From the NCBI GenBank assembly GCA_051362555.1, contig CM120643.1, positions 17,984,848 through 18,048,847 of the forward strand: a stretch of DNA of 64,000 nt. The letters are read 5' to 3'. The notes under the pieces are model-generated. The model saw nothing but the letters and a program-made list of their open reading frames with translations. It was not told where the DNA came from and did not search any database. Below, one piece after another: positions 39,396-53,032 of this stretch. Numbering within the stretch: position 1 is the stretch's first letter; every line of letters begins with the position of its first letter. Both the position numbers and the translations under genes were made by a program. This DNA comes from Lingula anatina. Its lineage: Eukaryota; Animalia; Brachiopoda.

Positions 39396-40640
39396 ATGAC
39401 TGCGGGACACTTTAGGAGCAGTGCTTGGGATCCATTTCTAATAATTGCTCAGATTATTTCCATGCAGAGTGCTTTCTATGTGGGCCTAGGAGTCTGGATT
39501 GCTATGGTGGACTTTGTTGCAGGAGCAGATAGGTCACTGGAACAGTTTTTTAAATATGAGGTAATGTGAAGTCTTGAAATTGTGCCAAGTGTGATTAATG
39601 TGATACAATAATCATTCTTTTTCTCTTGTTCATTGCATCTTAACACTAATTAAAACTCTTAGAATTGTGCTAAAAAGTTGCTACAACTTAGAACTTTTAG
39701 CCATATCCCATTTTCTTGTTCATTTTTGGCAGAGAGTTTCATTAATTTGCTTCATACTGATTTTCATAATGGAATAAGAAAGGGTACGTTAGCTTAAAAG
39801 AGTTCACCTAGCAGATGGATATATATATTAAAACTGATTTTATTTTGTATACAGTAATTGTTTTTCTTATTTATTTCAGGAACTTCAGTTTAAAGAATTC
39901 ACAGGAAGATTAATCATGGGTGCTTTTGTTTTAAATTCTTTAACATGGTAAGCATTCACCAAATACCATTTTAACAAGTGCAGTTGAAGTGAATTTTTCA
40001 TGCACACACAAATGTGCACATGCATGCAAGCAGGCACTGCTTACAGTCATTAACATGGCTTTGGTAACCAAAAACTTTATTTACATAAATTAGATTAATA
40101 TATTAATTTTTTATACTAAGCTCTACATGTATGGGACATGCTAATGTTGAGTTGATGTTGATCAGATCAGCCCACAAAGATGTGTACTACTATATTGTAT
40201 ATTTTGGTGGGATTTTACTACTGTAACACAGCCAAAAGGCCAAGACTGCATTGTCTGTCTGTTGGGCCAGATTTCTTCGGTTAACATGATGTGATTCAAG
40301 ATATGTATATAAAGCTATATTCACTGTACACTGTGCAAATATATCTATATTCACTGTATGCTATATGTTACTGTTACCTATTTTCACTGTACATTACAGT
40401 GCATTGGGCTTGTGGTACACAGTCAAGAGGACAAAGCTTTGTTTAGACTTTGCCAGTACCGTCCATCTTATCCACTTGGTGGTGTGCTGGGGATACAATG
40501 CAAAGTTTCCTTACACAGTCTCCTGGTGGCTAGTGAACATCATCTGTATAGTACTCATGACTGTTCTGGGAGAGTTCTTATGTATGAGAAGTGAACTAAA
40601 AGCAATACCATTGGGAATGGGACCCAAGGCAGATTTATAG
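39396..40640 (+). CDS. SYS1: SYS1 Golgi trafficking protein (157 aa), 3 coding exons
   Basis: 39396-39560 MTAGHFRSSAWDPFLIIAQIISMQ..., 39880-39947, and 40400-40640 (KRTKLCLDFASTVH..GEFLCMRSELKAIPL). In phase, with hallmark SYS1 motifs. Confidence 0.96.
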
Positions 40641-41958
40641 CTCTGGACATGGGTAACTTATGGCTTAAATTTTTGGATTTATTTTTGACATAGAAGAAAT
40701 GTCGTTGGGTTGCTAGCCAGGAGAAAGAAGTACTGGAAAGATGGGAGGATTTTAAATTGGAGCCTAGGCTTTGCTTGTCACATGGGGGAAAAGTTTTGGT
40801 TGCTGTGGACATGGAGACCATACCGTTGAAAATAAGTTTGATGGTTGTGGACATGGACACAATATCATTCAATCATTGGAAAAAAGTTTGGTGTCTCCCT
40901 GAATTTGTATGTGTATCTGAACCCTCTACAGGGGTAATAGAAATATGACGCTGTTTTTAAGAGGGCCTGCATCAATGGATACACGCATGACAGGACATTT
41001 CCATGACTGTGTCACAGGAATGTCATCTAAAACGTGGTGAAGACTAAGTCAGTTGGATTTTCTTGCAATGGTTAGAATTTGCTGGAAATATACTTCGATA
41101 TACTAGTTTATTGTAATGTTGGTTATTTGTTAACTTCATTTGAAATGGACTACTGATAAGCTGGATAGGAGTAAGACCCACAAGCTAGTGAAAATGGGGA
41201 CCTTAAGTTGATGTTTATGACACTTATTTTGATCAACCACACTTTATAAAAGTTTACTGAATGAATTAATTTATTATTTATATATTATATTTTCTCTTTT
41301 GCCAAACTGAAGAAAAGAGGTGGTGACAACTCAGAATGAAGTTGGTGTCATAAATTATATTCTCCTTTTCTCTGTCCACATTGAAAAAAAAAGTTTTGCA
41401 GCAGATTTGTATTCTGTGAACAATACACCCAGAAAATGCCACAGTGCTTAATGGGTCATTTCACTGTATTTTTCACCTGTTGATCATTTTACCCACTTTT
41501 GTACCTTAACGTATAGGTAAAAAAAAAGATGGGGAGATGTAAGATGAAAAGTTTTGTAAGGGGAAAATAGACCCTTGAAGGAAAAGAAGTGCAATGTATA
41601 TGAGGTTTACAGTTTGAGTGTTGAACACTTGTCACAAGTAAAGGACAGTGTTGATCAAGGGTCAATGGTACAAGGTGGCCAAGTCTTTTTTTTTTTTATT
41701 AGTTTAGCAAATTGTTTCATAAAGCTGTTCAAATCATAATTATATTGAAATTCACATTCCTTTTCTTATCTTTTAAAAACCTTTAAAGGTGTAGAAGTTG
41801 GCGATTCCTTGTTAAATTAGTTTGATATTGACTGCATTTTTTTTTTACTAATTCTAAGAAAATTGAATTTTCTTCCAGGACCCCATTGATATTTTTCTTC
41901 TGTGCCTTTTTTTTTTTGCAACTGTTGGTGTTAATGTAATAATTTATCCAAAATATAA

Positions 41959-42219
41959 GGGTGCATTACTGTTTAGTTTGTATGGTACCACTTAGACCCC
42001 ATTCCCATAGATTTTGGATCGATCTATCCCTGTGGGGAGTCTCACTAGATTACTGTCAGCTTAGCCGGATTAAGCGTCTCTCCCGCCTACTAAAAGCTGT
42101 AAGGGGGTAATTAACTATGGTGCGCGCTCGGCTGACTGCAATTTAGCGTGAACCCCCAGGGAGTTGGGTCAATCTAAATCTAAATCTCTGGATCGATCTA
42201 AATCTCTGGGAATGCACCC
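41959..42219. mobile_element. PIF/Harbinger-like MITE downstream of the SYS1 stop (probable 3'UTR)
   Basis: taa|GGGTGCATT ... AATGCACCC|tta termini. Subterminal inverted similarity attcccatagattttggatcgatc / gatcgatctaaatctctgggaat. Confidence 0.55.
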
Positions 42220-45200
42220 TTATTTTTGGTGTCTTAGGTATCAATTGATGGCAGAATGACCAAAATCTGGGTAAAATCTTCAAAATAAGTTCCTTTATTA
42301 AAAGTTGTAAGCTTTTTGATTGTCAACATGTAGGAAAAAGGAGTTTAATATCCTGGTAAAGCAAAAGGAAAAAAATGCATCTTTCCTTTACCAGCAATTT
42401 GTAGCCTATCCAAAATTAATGAGAAAATCATGATGCAAGCTTACAAAGTCCAATTTTTCTGTAATTCTAGTGTAACATTGCAGTTAACTTTTTACATTCT
42501 AAGAAAGGCTTATTTTCTGCTATTTTAGGGGAAAATCTCATTTTAAAAGTGTCTAAAAATGAGCAGCTTGGCACTAGTCTATGTAACAAATTCATTGTGT
42601 TAGGTGAGGTCCCAACTACCACACTGCACACTCAAGATTGTGTCATTTGTGACTGTGGCAGTATGGATTGTTACAAAACCAGACCCTTGCTGTCAATTTA
42701 TGGTGCTGCGTTGTATTACAGTGTTCACTCATAGGGAATTTTTAATATAAGAAAATAAATATGATTTGAGTAATAACTTTTTTTTTTTCATTTTTGTTTT
42801 AATGTAGAATGCAAGGTCTGGAAAGCTGAGGGAAAATTTACAGCTGCAATTTGGACAGTTAAAAACTGCAAAAAGTTCATTGCTGGAACATTTTAACATA
42901 ATAGATTTTTCTCTGATACAGGTAGTTGGAATGGACTACCAGTTACACACGTATCTCTTCATTGCTTTAATAACATGGGTGTTGGTATGTTTTCACCATT
43001 ACCAAAGATGCACTTGCAGTCCAGTTTGGACTGCTCAACAATAGTGATGAACATCACACAGTAGAACGAGATCCAAGACCCCTTACTGTACTGAAGAGCC
43101 AGTTAAAACATTTTACTTTAATAATACGGTATAACTAACAGGGTTGAAAACATCCCAGCCAAATTTTTGAAGTGTACGAAATTTGCAAAGTTATGCCTTC
43201 CTCCAATTCAAACTTACTAATATGTACCACTCTACTAAATGCCCAGGCCTTCTTCTAAAATGCAAGAACGAAAAAATAGGATTCACTAAAAGTTATACAA
43301 TAAGATAGGGTATAAAACTAGAATATGAGAGCAAGCATAGGTCAAGCAATGGTTTTCAAGTGGAAGAAAAATCCCATATAGAATACTTCAAGTGAACTGC
43401 TTGGAAAAATTGAACAACAAACAATTTTATATTTACATTAAACCTTTATTTACATTTTTTGTACAGAACAACATTTTTTCATTTCAGTATTTTTTTTTTA
43501 CATTTTTTTGTATCTCCATTTTTTCTTTTGCTTCATTCTTTTACAAAGTATATATTTTCTTTTTTTTTTCTTTCCTATCACTACCTCTTTTTTTTTAGTT
43601 CATTTTCTTTCTTTTCATCAGTTTTTTTTTCTCTAGACATTATTCTAATGGTTCAAATTTCCCCTTAGAGAACTTATATTACCCATTCTGTCTCTTGGTG
43701 GCCAACTTCCAACAGGCTGAGAAGAGATCTGAAACAGAACTTTGGTTATGGTACAAAAAGAAAAAAAAAAAACTTAACTAGCTTTCTAATTTCCACACAC
43801 ACACACTACACTGAAAACAAAATGACACCCAAGTCTGGGGCTTTTTAAAAAGATCAGGGGGTTTGTCAGGGTAATAAGTGCAGTTATAAAATGCAAAGTT
43901 AACTAAAACCCTATTGAACATGTCTGAATATGTTAATATGCGGAAGTTAAAAAAAAATAAAGAAAAAAGAAAAAGCAATGTGAGAAAACCCAGGCAAGTC
44001 CACATTTTCTTTTATAGGCACCGATCATTTTTGCAACATGCCCAACAAAGCGTGTTTAAAAAGTGCAGTCTACCTCTCTTCCTCTCACAAAAAACAACTT
44101 ATTACAACTGGAAGCGGAATAAACAAAAATGTTATAAAGCTATCATAGAACACATCAATTGACCCAAAATACCCCCCCCTCCCCCAACCATGCCCATATT
44201 CCATGCCTTCATAAAATGACTACTGGTGTAATACTATTGACTCGCACCTTCCAAATAATCCTTTCTGACACTATTGACCTTATGAAGAAACATGGTTTTA
44301 AAACAAACGCGCACTAAAAATATAATTGTCTGGATTGTACTCAACTTTCCCAGTTTTGGGCATACAATTCAAATTTGCTTGAATTCAATAAGTAATTGCC
44401 ATTATTAAAGTGTTAAAAGTAAAACAGTAGAGAAAAATAAAAGGAGGAATCAAAGCAGCTCACACCACCTGCCAAATGCAGTTAAAATTTTCTACAGCAA
44501 CATTAAACTCCACCAGCATAAGTAATCATACCAGTTATTCAGTATTTAGTCTTATACTTTGATACTTGAAATTTAACATCTTAACGAATAATACGAGGAC
44601 TGAAATATAATAGCTATCTGGGGCATCCCGAATTAATAAGTTAAACAATATTTAAATAGAAGCTTGTGAACATGTCACATGGTTCAAAATGTCACACTCA
44701 TTCACAACTTTTCATTTAAGACCCAAATTAAAAAAAAAAAATTATAAAAAGAAGCAGAAAATGCACATAAAATGAAACTCTCACAGCTCAGTCATTTAAA
44801 CTCACATTCCAGCCCAATTTTTACACTTAATCTACGATAACATAAAAATATGACGACAAACCATGGCTATAATTTAAGGGCCACAACCCATCCTTTCTCT
44901 CATTCCAAGGAGGATTTTTGCTTAACTAATAGCTTCATAGCAAGAAGGCTTTTTTTTTTTATATTGCAGCATCAGTAAGGTATAAAAAATTACTTTGTTA
45001 ACAGATATATTTTCACATCCATTATCATAAAAAAGTTTTTAGCACTGGGGCATAAAAGTAAGTTCTGTTTGCCTCTGTACTGGGATGAAAGGTTATTTAT
45101 TTATTTTACAAAATTATACCGAGATTCAATAAATACTAAACCAGTTGCCTAAGAAAATGTATTTTGGTTTTAAAGCCTTGCAAATGATTCACTGAAGCTA

Positions 45201-45558
45201 AAAAAATAAAGAATAAAATACAAGTTATTTTGTATATCAAGTCCATCTACAAAAACAGAAAAATAGTAACTTCCAAGTAAGGTTTCAGCTATTTCTGTTT
45301 GATCTGTAATCTTTTTGTCATCTTTCCATATTTCTAAATTCTAATTCCTCCATCTAATTGCCCACATAATCTCTTTTTTTCTCCCATTTCAATAAAATAT
45401 TTCGTTTTTTCCTCCATTTCTTTTTTTTCTCTGCAAAATTCAACTTGGTGCTTATGATCTAAAATTCCTTTTTTTTCCCCCTCCACCCACCCCCACCCCA
45501 TCTCTCTCTCTTTTCCAGCAGGTTTTGTGGACCACATGATGCCATATTCTAAACTGGA

Positions 45559-47803
45559 CTAGTAAGGTGAATACCACGCAGCTCTCCTTGGCCTATAATA
45601 ATGAAAAAAAAAAATGCAAATTATACTCGAAAAATGTTTAGCAAAAATAAACTAATAATACTAGTTATCCTTTATTCATAAATAAATAAGCTTTCCTCAA
45701 AGACAAGGTCCTAACTTTTTTATTTACCGTAATGCTCACACTGATGACATCAAATACTTACTAGATAATATGTATTCAAATCATTGGCAAATGAAGAATG
45801 AGTATTTAACATGACCCCCCCCCCCAAAAAAAAGCCATTTCACTCACCTAAACCTGCCTCGTCTTGGCATGTAGCCCCCATAGCCACCCCGGAAGCCACC
45901 TCTCCTGAAGCGCCCTCTACTTCCACCACGATTGGTTGTACTTATACCAGGTTTATTTGTGCGCTTGGGCATTACCTAAATGAACAATAAACTTAAATAA
46001 AACAACTCAGCACAAAGAATACCAGTAGCTATACCAAGCTTCTCAGTATGAGGAATGGATCAAATTAAGAGCTGCATGTTTTTTGTTTTTTGTCATATTT
46101 CTGAACTATACTGAAAAATATCCTGACCTTTATTTGTCTTCCCCGAAAGAGAGATTCATCTAAAGCCATTGCTGTCTGTACGGAGTCTTTGTCAGAAAAT
46201 TCTATGTAGGCAAAGCTGAAAAGCAGATGTCAGTAAGAAATAAATTCTTCCTTCTGTACAGTTATGTGAAACAACAACACATTATTATTAACATTTTTCA
46301 TATGAGTCATACTAATACTTTTTAGAACAATTGTGAAACGAGGGGGAAAAATTTTTAAATGTGGTCATCCTTTTACATTTAAAAATATTCAACAAAATAA
46401 TATATAGGTAATTACATCTAGCTCCCTCTTTACCTCTGTACAGTACTTTTATAGAGCATTCACATCGAGAAGAGCCGAGGTCTAGCAAGGCATTCGGTGT
46501 GAATGCTCTCCTAGGCATTTGAAAAGGTAAACGACTCATTTTCAATTTTGACCAAGAATGCTTGGTCAGACTATACAGATATATATAGAACCCAGAATTA
46601 ATGTTGCTTGGAATTATCTCACTAATCATTGCACTTAACATAAATGAAAAATTTGTTAAAAGTCTACTAACCCTTTTGGATGTCCAGAGAACTTATCGCA
46701 AAGTATTGTAACCCTGTTAACAGAACCGCAGCCATGGAAATGTTGCTCCAACTCTTCTGCTGTTGTACTATAGTCAACCTAAAACAAATCACCTTTTTCC
46801 TTTTTTTTTTTGATTATTAGAGAAAAAATTCTCACTTTCAATCTGCATCAGTAATGAATAAAATTGAACAGAGGGGAATAAAAATGTAAAAAATCTCATA
46901 TGCATAAACAATATTCAAAACAAGCCAAAAAAAAAAAATGCTACTAAGCTTTAAAAAAATGAAATACAACATTAACTCAAATGTCACTAGATGTGAGTAT
47001 AAGAATCCATTATCCAATTTATTGATCAACAGTAAAACCCTTTTCATATAATAAAACATTTAGCCAATGATCAAAGACATCACAATGCTTACATTTCCAA
47101 TGTAACAAGACCTTGAATCTGCATCAATTTTTTCTTCCATTGATGGATGGACAGGACTAGCTGATGAAGAACAACATTACAGAAATAAACAATTTGACTG
47201 AGATTTCTACTGCATTTTTTGAATTATTTTTATAATTTGTAAAAAAAGAAATTAACAAAATTAAGACAGCATAACTATTTTAAGTATCTATATTTGTTAG
47301 CATCAATTCCTTATCAAGATCTATCCAAGTTGTTCTAGACGTACCATATGCAAATTTTGTAGTTTTGTGGAAATATGTCACAGTGACATAATTTTATAGG
47401 CTCAACTAGTAGACATTACAACAGACTTTTCCTTTTGAACTTATCCCCCCCCCCCGGCATATATATATATATGTAGAATAAAACCTTATAAAGACAGGAG
47501 TTTAACAACCAAGGACAATGCATGGGCTACTTTATTTCCATGCAATAAATAAACAACTTCTTTGAAGAAAAGGGAACGTCTAAGAAAAGCCACCACACTG
47601 GATATGGGTCAGAGTGACATACTTATTCCTGGAGACATATTCATTGTTTTTTCCACTTCATTTTGCATTTGCTTGAGCTTTTCTGCTTCTGCTTCCATCT
47701 CTCTAACTCGTTCTTTGATTGCTTCAAGCTCCTAGAATAATAAAATATTAATGAACTCATACATTTAAATATTGTGCTACTTCTATCTCTGTCAACATAA
47801 TAT

Positions 47804-47839
<36 letters not shown>

Positions 47840-48018
47840 GGACTCACAGGATCATCCACCCCTGCATCTTCTGTGCTCTCTGTTGTAACATCGGCTTCAC
47901 CTTCTCCCCCTAGACCTTCGTCCTCCTGCTGCCCTTCTTCGCCATCGTAACTGTAGTCTTGCTCATGATCGCCAACTAGGTCAGGGACCGCTTCAGTTTC
48001 TGTTCCGTTTTCTGCCAT
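45559..48018 (-). CDS. PABPN1: Nuclear poly(A)-binding protein PABPN1/PABP2 (234 aa), 7 coding exons
   Basis: Exons 48018-47848, 47731-47623 ([20 protein letters not shown]), 47160-47093 (DSRSCYIGN), 46778-46672 ([36 protein letters not shown]), 46215-46128 ([18 protein letters not shown]), 45975-45848 (RG-rich) and 45592-45559 (WYSPY*). Non-coding exon donor near 48160. Confidence 0.98.
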
Positions 48019-48867
48019 ATTTGATAGCCTATTACAAAAATTATGCAATTACAATACAGCACAGTATGCAAACTTTAATATTATGACCGACTGTTTCCAA
48101 TTTTTTTTCGGTCGTCATTCGATGGCACAGATTTGGAATTCAACATAAGAACTACCGGCTTACCTATTCTTCACACAAAAACAGCAATGGCGGACTGAGT
48201 GTGTCAGTTGAGATAGCTGTAGATTGTGTCCTTTGTGCACAACTGAACTGTCCCCTCTGTAAGCTACACAAAGGTCATTTAGTGCACAACCAGTAAAAAT
48301 ACTTACTTTTAATGAAACCGACCCAAGTGCAATTTTATATAAAGATTAAACCCCGAGATAGTGGATCGAGGAGTGATATTAAAGGATAGAATTTTTGTCC
48401 CAAATCCAATTTTTTTGAATACAAAAGTAATTTCACCAAATCACGAACCACTGCTCGAACAGTCTCTGACTTGGATTTGATGTTTTATACCTCTTAATTA
48501 GACAATTATTTAGTTTTTCTATCAATCATGATTCAGAAAGGATATATCGCCGTCAGTAGGCTACTATTAGCCTATAGGGCCTATGATGGTTTCAGATCTG
48601 GATTGGGATTGATAAGATATTTAGCCTACATGTAGGCTAGATATGCATCGAAAATATGACTCTGGGACATTTTCAAACAGGTATAGTATACCTTTAAGGC
48701 CACAGCCTTGTGGTGACCATACGTTCGCCGGCTGTATACCTGTAGTCAAAGCCAATGAGTGGTTTATGAAAAGTGTAAATACGATCTGCCCTAATCTCCG
48801 ATCAAAATATATCCCACAATGTTGTCTGTTTGACAGGTGGATTAGGTGGATTGGGACACGAAAGCCC

Positions 48868-48954
48868 CAGTGGCGGATTTAGGGGTGTCCGGGGGGGGGG
48901 GGGGGGGGAGGGGGGGGGGCTGACCCCCTTCAAATAATCCTGGATCCACCCCTG
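48868..48954. mobile_element. Short hAT-like MITE with poly-G core
   Basis: CAGTGGCGGATTTAGG ... CCTGGATCCACCCCTG termini. Same family as 51458-51717, in opposite orientation. Confidence 0.6.
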
Positions 48955-50247
48955 GTCCCAGTAGACTCTTGGTCAACAACTGATGTGGATCAGACCCAAA
49001 GACAAGTGAATTGTCAACTTTATTCTCCCATGAAGGCTTTTTAGCGCGTTTCCACAGGTTGTACGGTCATATTCCGGTTATATTAAAGATGCCCTACACG
49101 AGAATTAACCGCTAAAAGGAATTTTCCTCTACTATACTCTCGAGTAGCGGAGAAAGGATCGACCCGGCTCAGCACTTGGATTCGAGGTTTTATTCCTTTT
49201 CTCATTTTATGATCTAGTTCTAAATAACTAACCAATCACTTACAGGCAGAAGGCCATGTCTTCTAAGACATCTCGGAAGGAAGTATCAACACCAGGTGCA
49301 TTTATTTGAAGGGGTTTAGAATTTTTGGAGTCTGCGTTTGGAAAGATTATAGGCCTAGTAGCTTTGCAGGATACATAAACGTAGAAAATATGACATTGGG
49401 AAATTTTCAAATGCGTACAGTATACCGATGTGAGTATACTTTTATCTTAATAGTGAAAGGTGGTTTACAAATCAGAATCACTGCTTCTTTACACACCTTT
49501 TACCTATTCGTACTTTTTAGCTTTCAGTGTCCCCGATTTGTCATTCCCTTTGGTGTATTGATTACATTTAATCAAATCCGAATTAATTCAGACCGCTGAA
49601 TGTACACTTTATGTACACAGCCGCCCTTTTCACAACCACATCGTGATTCTTGGGAATAAATTGGGTAAGCAAATTGCCTTGCTTTATACAGCAGGAGAAG
49701 TACCACATCACCGGTCAACGACAACAGATTAACGTGAAAATTATTTTTCTTAGGGTTGTGATGGCATATATACCAGATATGACGTTAATGCTGTGTGTTT
49801 GACATTTTACTAGCTGAAAATTTAGTTCAAGCACGGTCTACGCGAAGAGATTGGGACGTTATATAACGACGAAAAATAAGGATGTCAATCCTAACACCAA
49901 TTAAATTAGAGGCATACTACAGGTAAATATTTGTTTAAAATATTTTTCTATAAAATCGTAAATTTATAAAACTGGAATAAATAGATGCTCATACTATTTG
50001 ATTTAGAAAGACATTTTATTTTCTTCTCTTTCTGACTGAAAAGACGGGGTAGGGTGAAGACAAAAAAGAAAACTGTGGCTATTCTGCTTTCACCTATGTC
50101 GCAGACAGCTGATTAAAATCTTCGTGTCGAGCAAAAGATTTATTTGCAAAAATATACCAATTTAAAGAATTAATTTATTTTTCTTTATTTTTTTAAATTT
50201 CAGTTGATAGTCTAAGCAAAAACAAGAGAAATACTGAGAGATTAACA

Positions 50248-52642
50248 ATGCACAAACCGACTTTGGTTCGCCGTCTCCTTCTCGTTTTCACTTGCTTAAT
50301 CTTTATAGCTTTAAATCTTGCGGTTGTGTGCGTTTTCCGTTCAAGTCCAAGTAACCTTTGTGGAACAGCGCAAGAAAATTTGACGCACGGTTCATTTGAT
50401 GTTGAGAACCGGCACCCTGCCGATCTAGGCGATGTTGCCGTTGTTGGCCAGTCTTTTAACGAGATTGTTGACTCTGTCGTGCCACGTGTAAAAATCAGCG
50501 ACGTTGACTGCAAGTTACTTTTTGAAGGGGATCTTGATGAATTGCATTACGCAGAGGAAATAATGACACAGACACAGCGACATTTTCTTTCAGATGAACG
50601 TATGTTTCTTAAGTCGAAGAACTGCACAAAATTTGTTAAGGAAAGGCAATATATTTTATCGTCGCTGACAAAAGAAGAAGAAGAGTTTCCCCTGGCTTTT
50701 AGTATTATGGTTTATAAAAATGCGGAGCAAGTAGAGAGGTTATTACGCGCCATCTATCGACCGCAAAATTTCTACTGCTTCCACGTTGATAACAAAAGTT
50801 CCCCGGCGTTTTTAAATGCAATGACGTCATTGTCAAGCTGTTTCGACAATGTGTTTGTAGCAAATACACATGTTAATGTTGTGTGGGCAGAGGTGACCGT
50901 GCTGGATGCAGAGTTGGTCTGTATGGAGGAATTATTTAAGCGATACTACAAGAAATGGAAGTATTTCATCAATCTTACTGGTCAAGAATTTCCGCTGAAA
51001 ACGAACATGGAGCTAGTGAAGATTTTGAAAGCATATGGCGGTGCCAATGATATGGAAGGGACTCTGAAAAGGTAATATTACATAAGAACATCTGGGCTAA
51101 CAAACTTAGAGAGGGCCAAAAGGGGGATACATTTTATATAACTCTCTCCTCCACGATTTTTTCGCACCCTTCTCGCTCATGAAAATACGCTGAAATTTTT
51201 ATAGTTATTTTCAATGTTTTTGTTATTTCAAGTCATTATTTTATTTCCATTTCCTTTTGGCCATTAGAGTCCAAGACGGAATTTCCCATTTTGTTCCCAA
51301 CAAGATCAAACAGCAGCCTATTTAATGAAAAAAAAAAGGTGCGCTGTATCCAAGACCTTGACTTCCTTTTCAGAAACTTGCCCTTTCCGGGAAAAAAAGG
51401 GTCAGGGTTGTGGGGGGGGGGGGGGGGGGGGCATGTTGCTCTCAATGTACTGCACATCAGGGGCAGACCCAGGATTATTTGAAGGGGAGGGGGGGGGGGT
51501 TGAGAATACGGCCCCTGAACGACAGACCTCGGATGCGAAGCCGACCATCGCCCCCTTGGTTTACTGGAGAGCAAACAGTGCCCTTTGGTACGATGGTATG
51601 ATTTACCTAGTCAAAATTCTAATTTCAAGAGGGGAATATTGGTGTGATATATTTTTCAGAAACCGAAGGGGGGGGGGGGGTCAGGACCCCCCTGACCCCC
51701 CTCTAAATCCACCACTACTGCACACTTATATTTGGTTTCATTAGATTTTACCACATTTTAGCATATATTTTTTATGAGAACAGGGGTAAAACAACCTCGC
51801 CGACTCTCCGATCCTGCCTTTTTTTAAAGCATTTGACCCAGTAAAATGTTTTTTAAATTTACTAGGACTTTTTTCAGACGAAATATGGATCGTTTTACAA
51901 AAGAATGGGACGGCCACCTCCACCTGACAGGTCAAACGCTACCCCCCGCTCCCTTTGGGATTGTTCCTACGAAAGGGGCAGTTCATATTACGGCAACGTG
52001 GGGGTTTGTGAACTTCACCCTCACTGATCCTATCGCAAAGGAGTTTCTGAAATGGACTCGAAAGACCCATAGAGCTTGTGAGACATTTTTCACCTCCCTC
52101 AATCATAACCCTCATTTGATGGTGCCCGGATCATTCACAGGTGCGTTGCAGATCGCGAGAAGAAAAAGGAGAGAGAGAGAGAGAGAGAGAGAGATATGAT
52201 CACCAAATAAAATACGAATGACAATTTTATATTTAGCTTTGGTTTGGTTGCAATGTATAAATTTGTTTTTCATTGTCAAAATCCTACAATTAATGTATTT
52301 GTTAGGATCATGTTTTTCATAATTCTTTTCTCCGTTTCAGGATCGGCAGAAGCACTGGAGACTAAGCCTTTCATGACGCGTTATAAAATTTGGGTTGATG
52401 AGAGCATACCATTTTGCGGCGGAAAATTTGTACGCGCCATATGCATCTTTGGGTTGGAACATTTACCAAGACTGTTTGTAAGAAATGAATTATTCGCAAA
52501 CAAGTTTCACCAGGAATTTCAGCCGTACACATTAGATTGTATGGAGGAGTGGCACTACAACAAAACGAGACTGGGGTATTCTCTACCTTTTAATACACAG
52601 CATTATCGGTCATTGCCATTTGTAAAGGATAAAATTATCTAG
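50248..52642 (+). CDS. Beta-1,6-N-acetylglucosaminyltransferase, core-2/I-branching (GT14, GCNT1-like), ~462 aa, 3 exons
   Basis: Exons 50248-51071, 51878-52140 and 52341-52642 are in phase. N-terminal TM; EEEEFPLAFSIMVYK, LLRAIYRPQNFYCFHVDNKS, WKYFINLTGQEFPLKTN, CGGKFVRAICIFG, LFANKF. Likely 5'UTR exon donor at ~49923. Confidence 0.95.
51458..51717. mobile_element. hAT-like MITE in GCNT intron 1
   Basis: Termini CAGGGGCAGACCCAGG / CTAAATCCACCACTA. 8-bp TSD ctgcacat (51450-51457) / ctgcacac (51718-51725). Confidence 0.75.
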
Positions 52643-52996
52643 GGCATATCGAACACCAAAAAATAAAAAAAAATTCTTGAAAGAGAACGGCACAAAGCTG
52701 CTACAGCGGAGACATCCCATCTAGCACATGGCTCGATTGCTGCTGTCGCTGCACCAGACAGCTCCACTCTGCCGTTTCTGTTGTCATGAGAGAGAGCAAA
52801 AGGCAGTGTGGACTTTGCAGGATCAATATCCGTTGTTTTGTGACTTGTAAATGGGTGAGGCGTCACGGCTGTGTGTCGGTATGTTTTGTTACCTGGGAAA
52901 TAATATTACTTTCTAATTACCAATGATTTTTTTGGTAATCATGAACACCCTTTTCAAAAGTCGAAATTGGCTTGGTAAACGAGTGTTTGCGTTTCT

Positions 52997-53032
<36 letters not shown>

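Noticed and set aside
51236-51744. Gly/Pro-rich ORFs in GCNT intron 1
   Set aside because: Produced by poly-G tracts and the hAT-like MITE.
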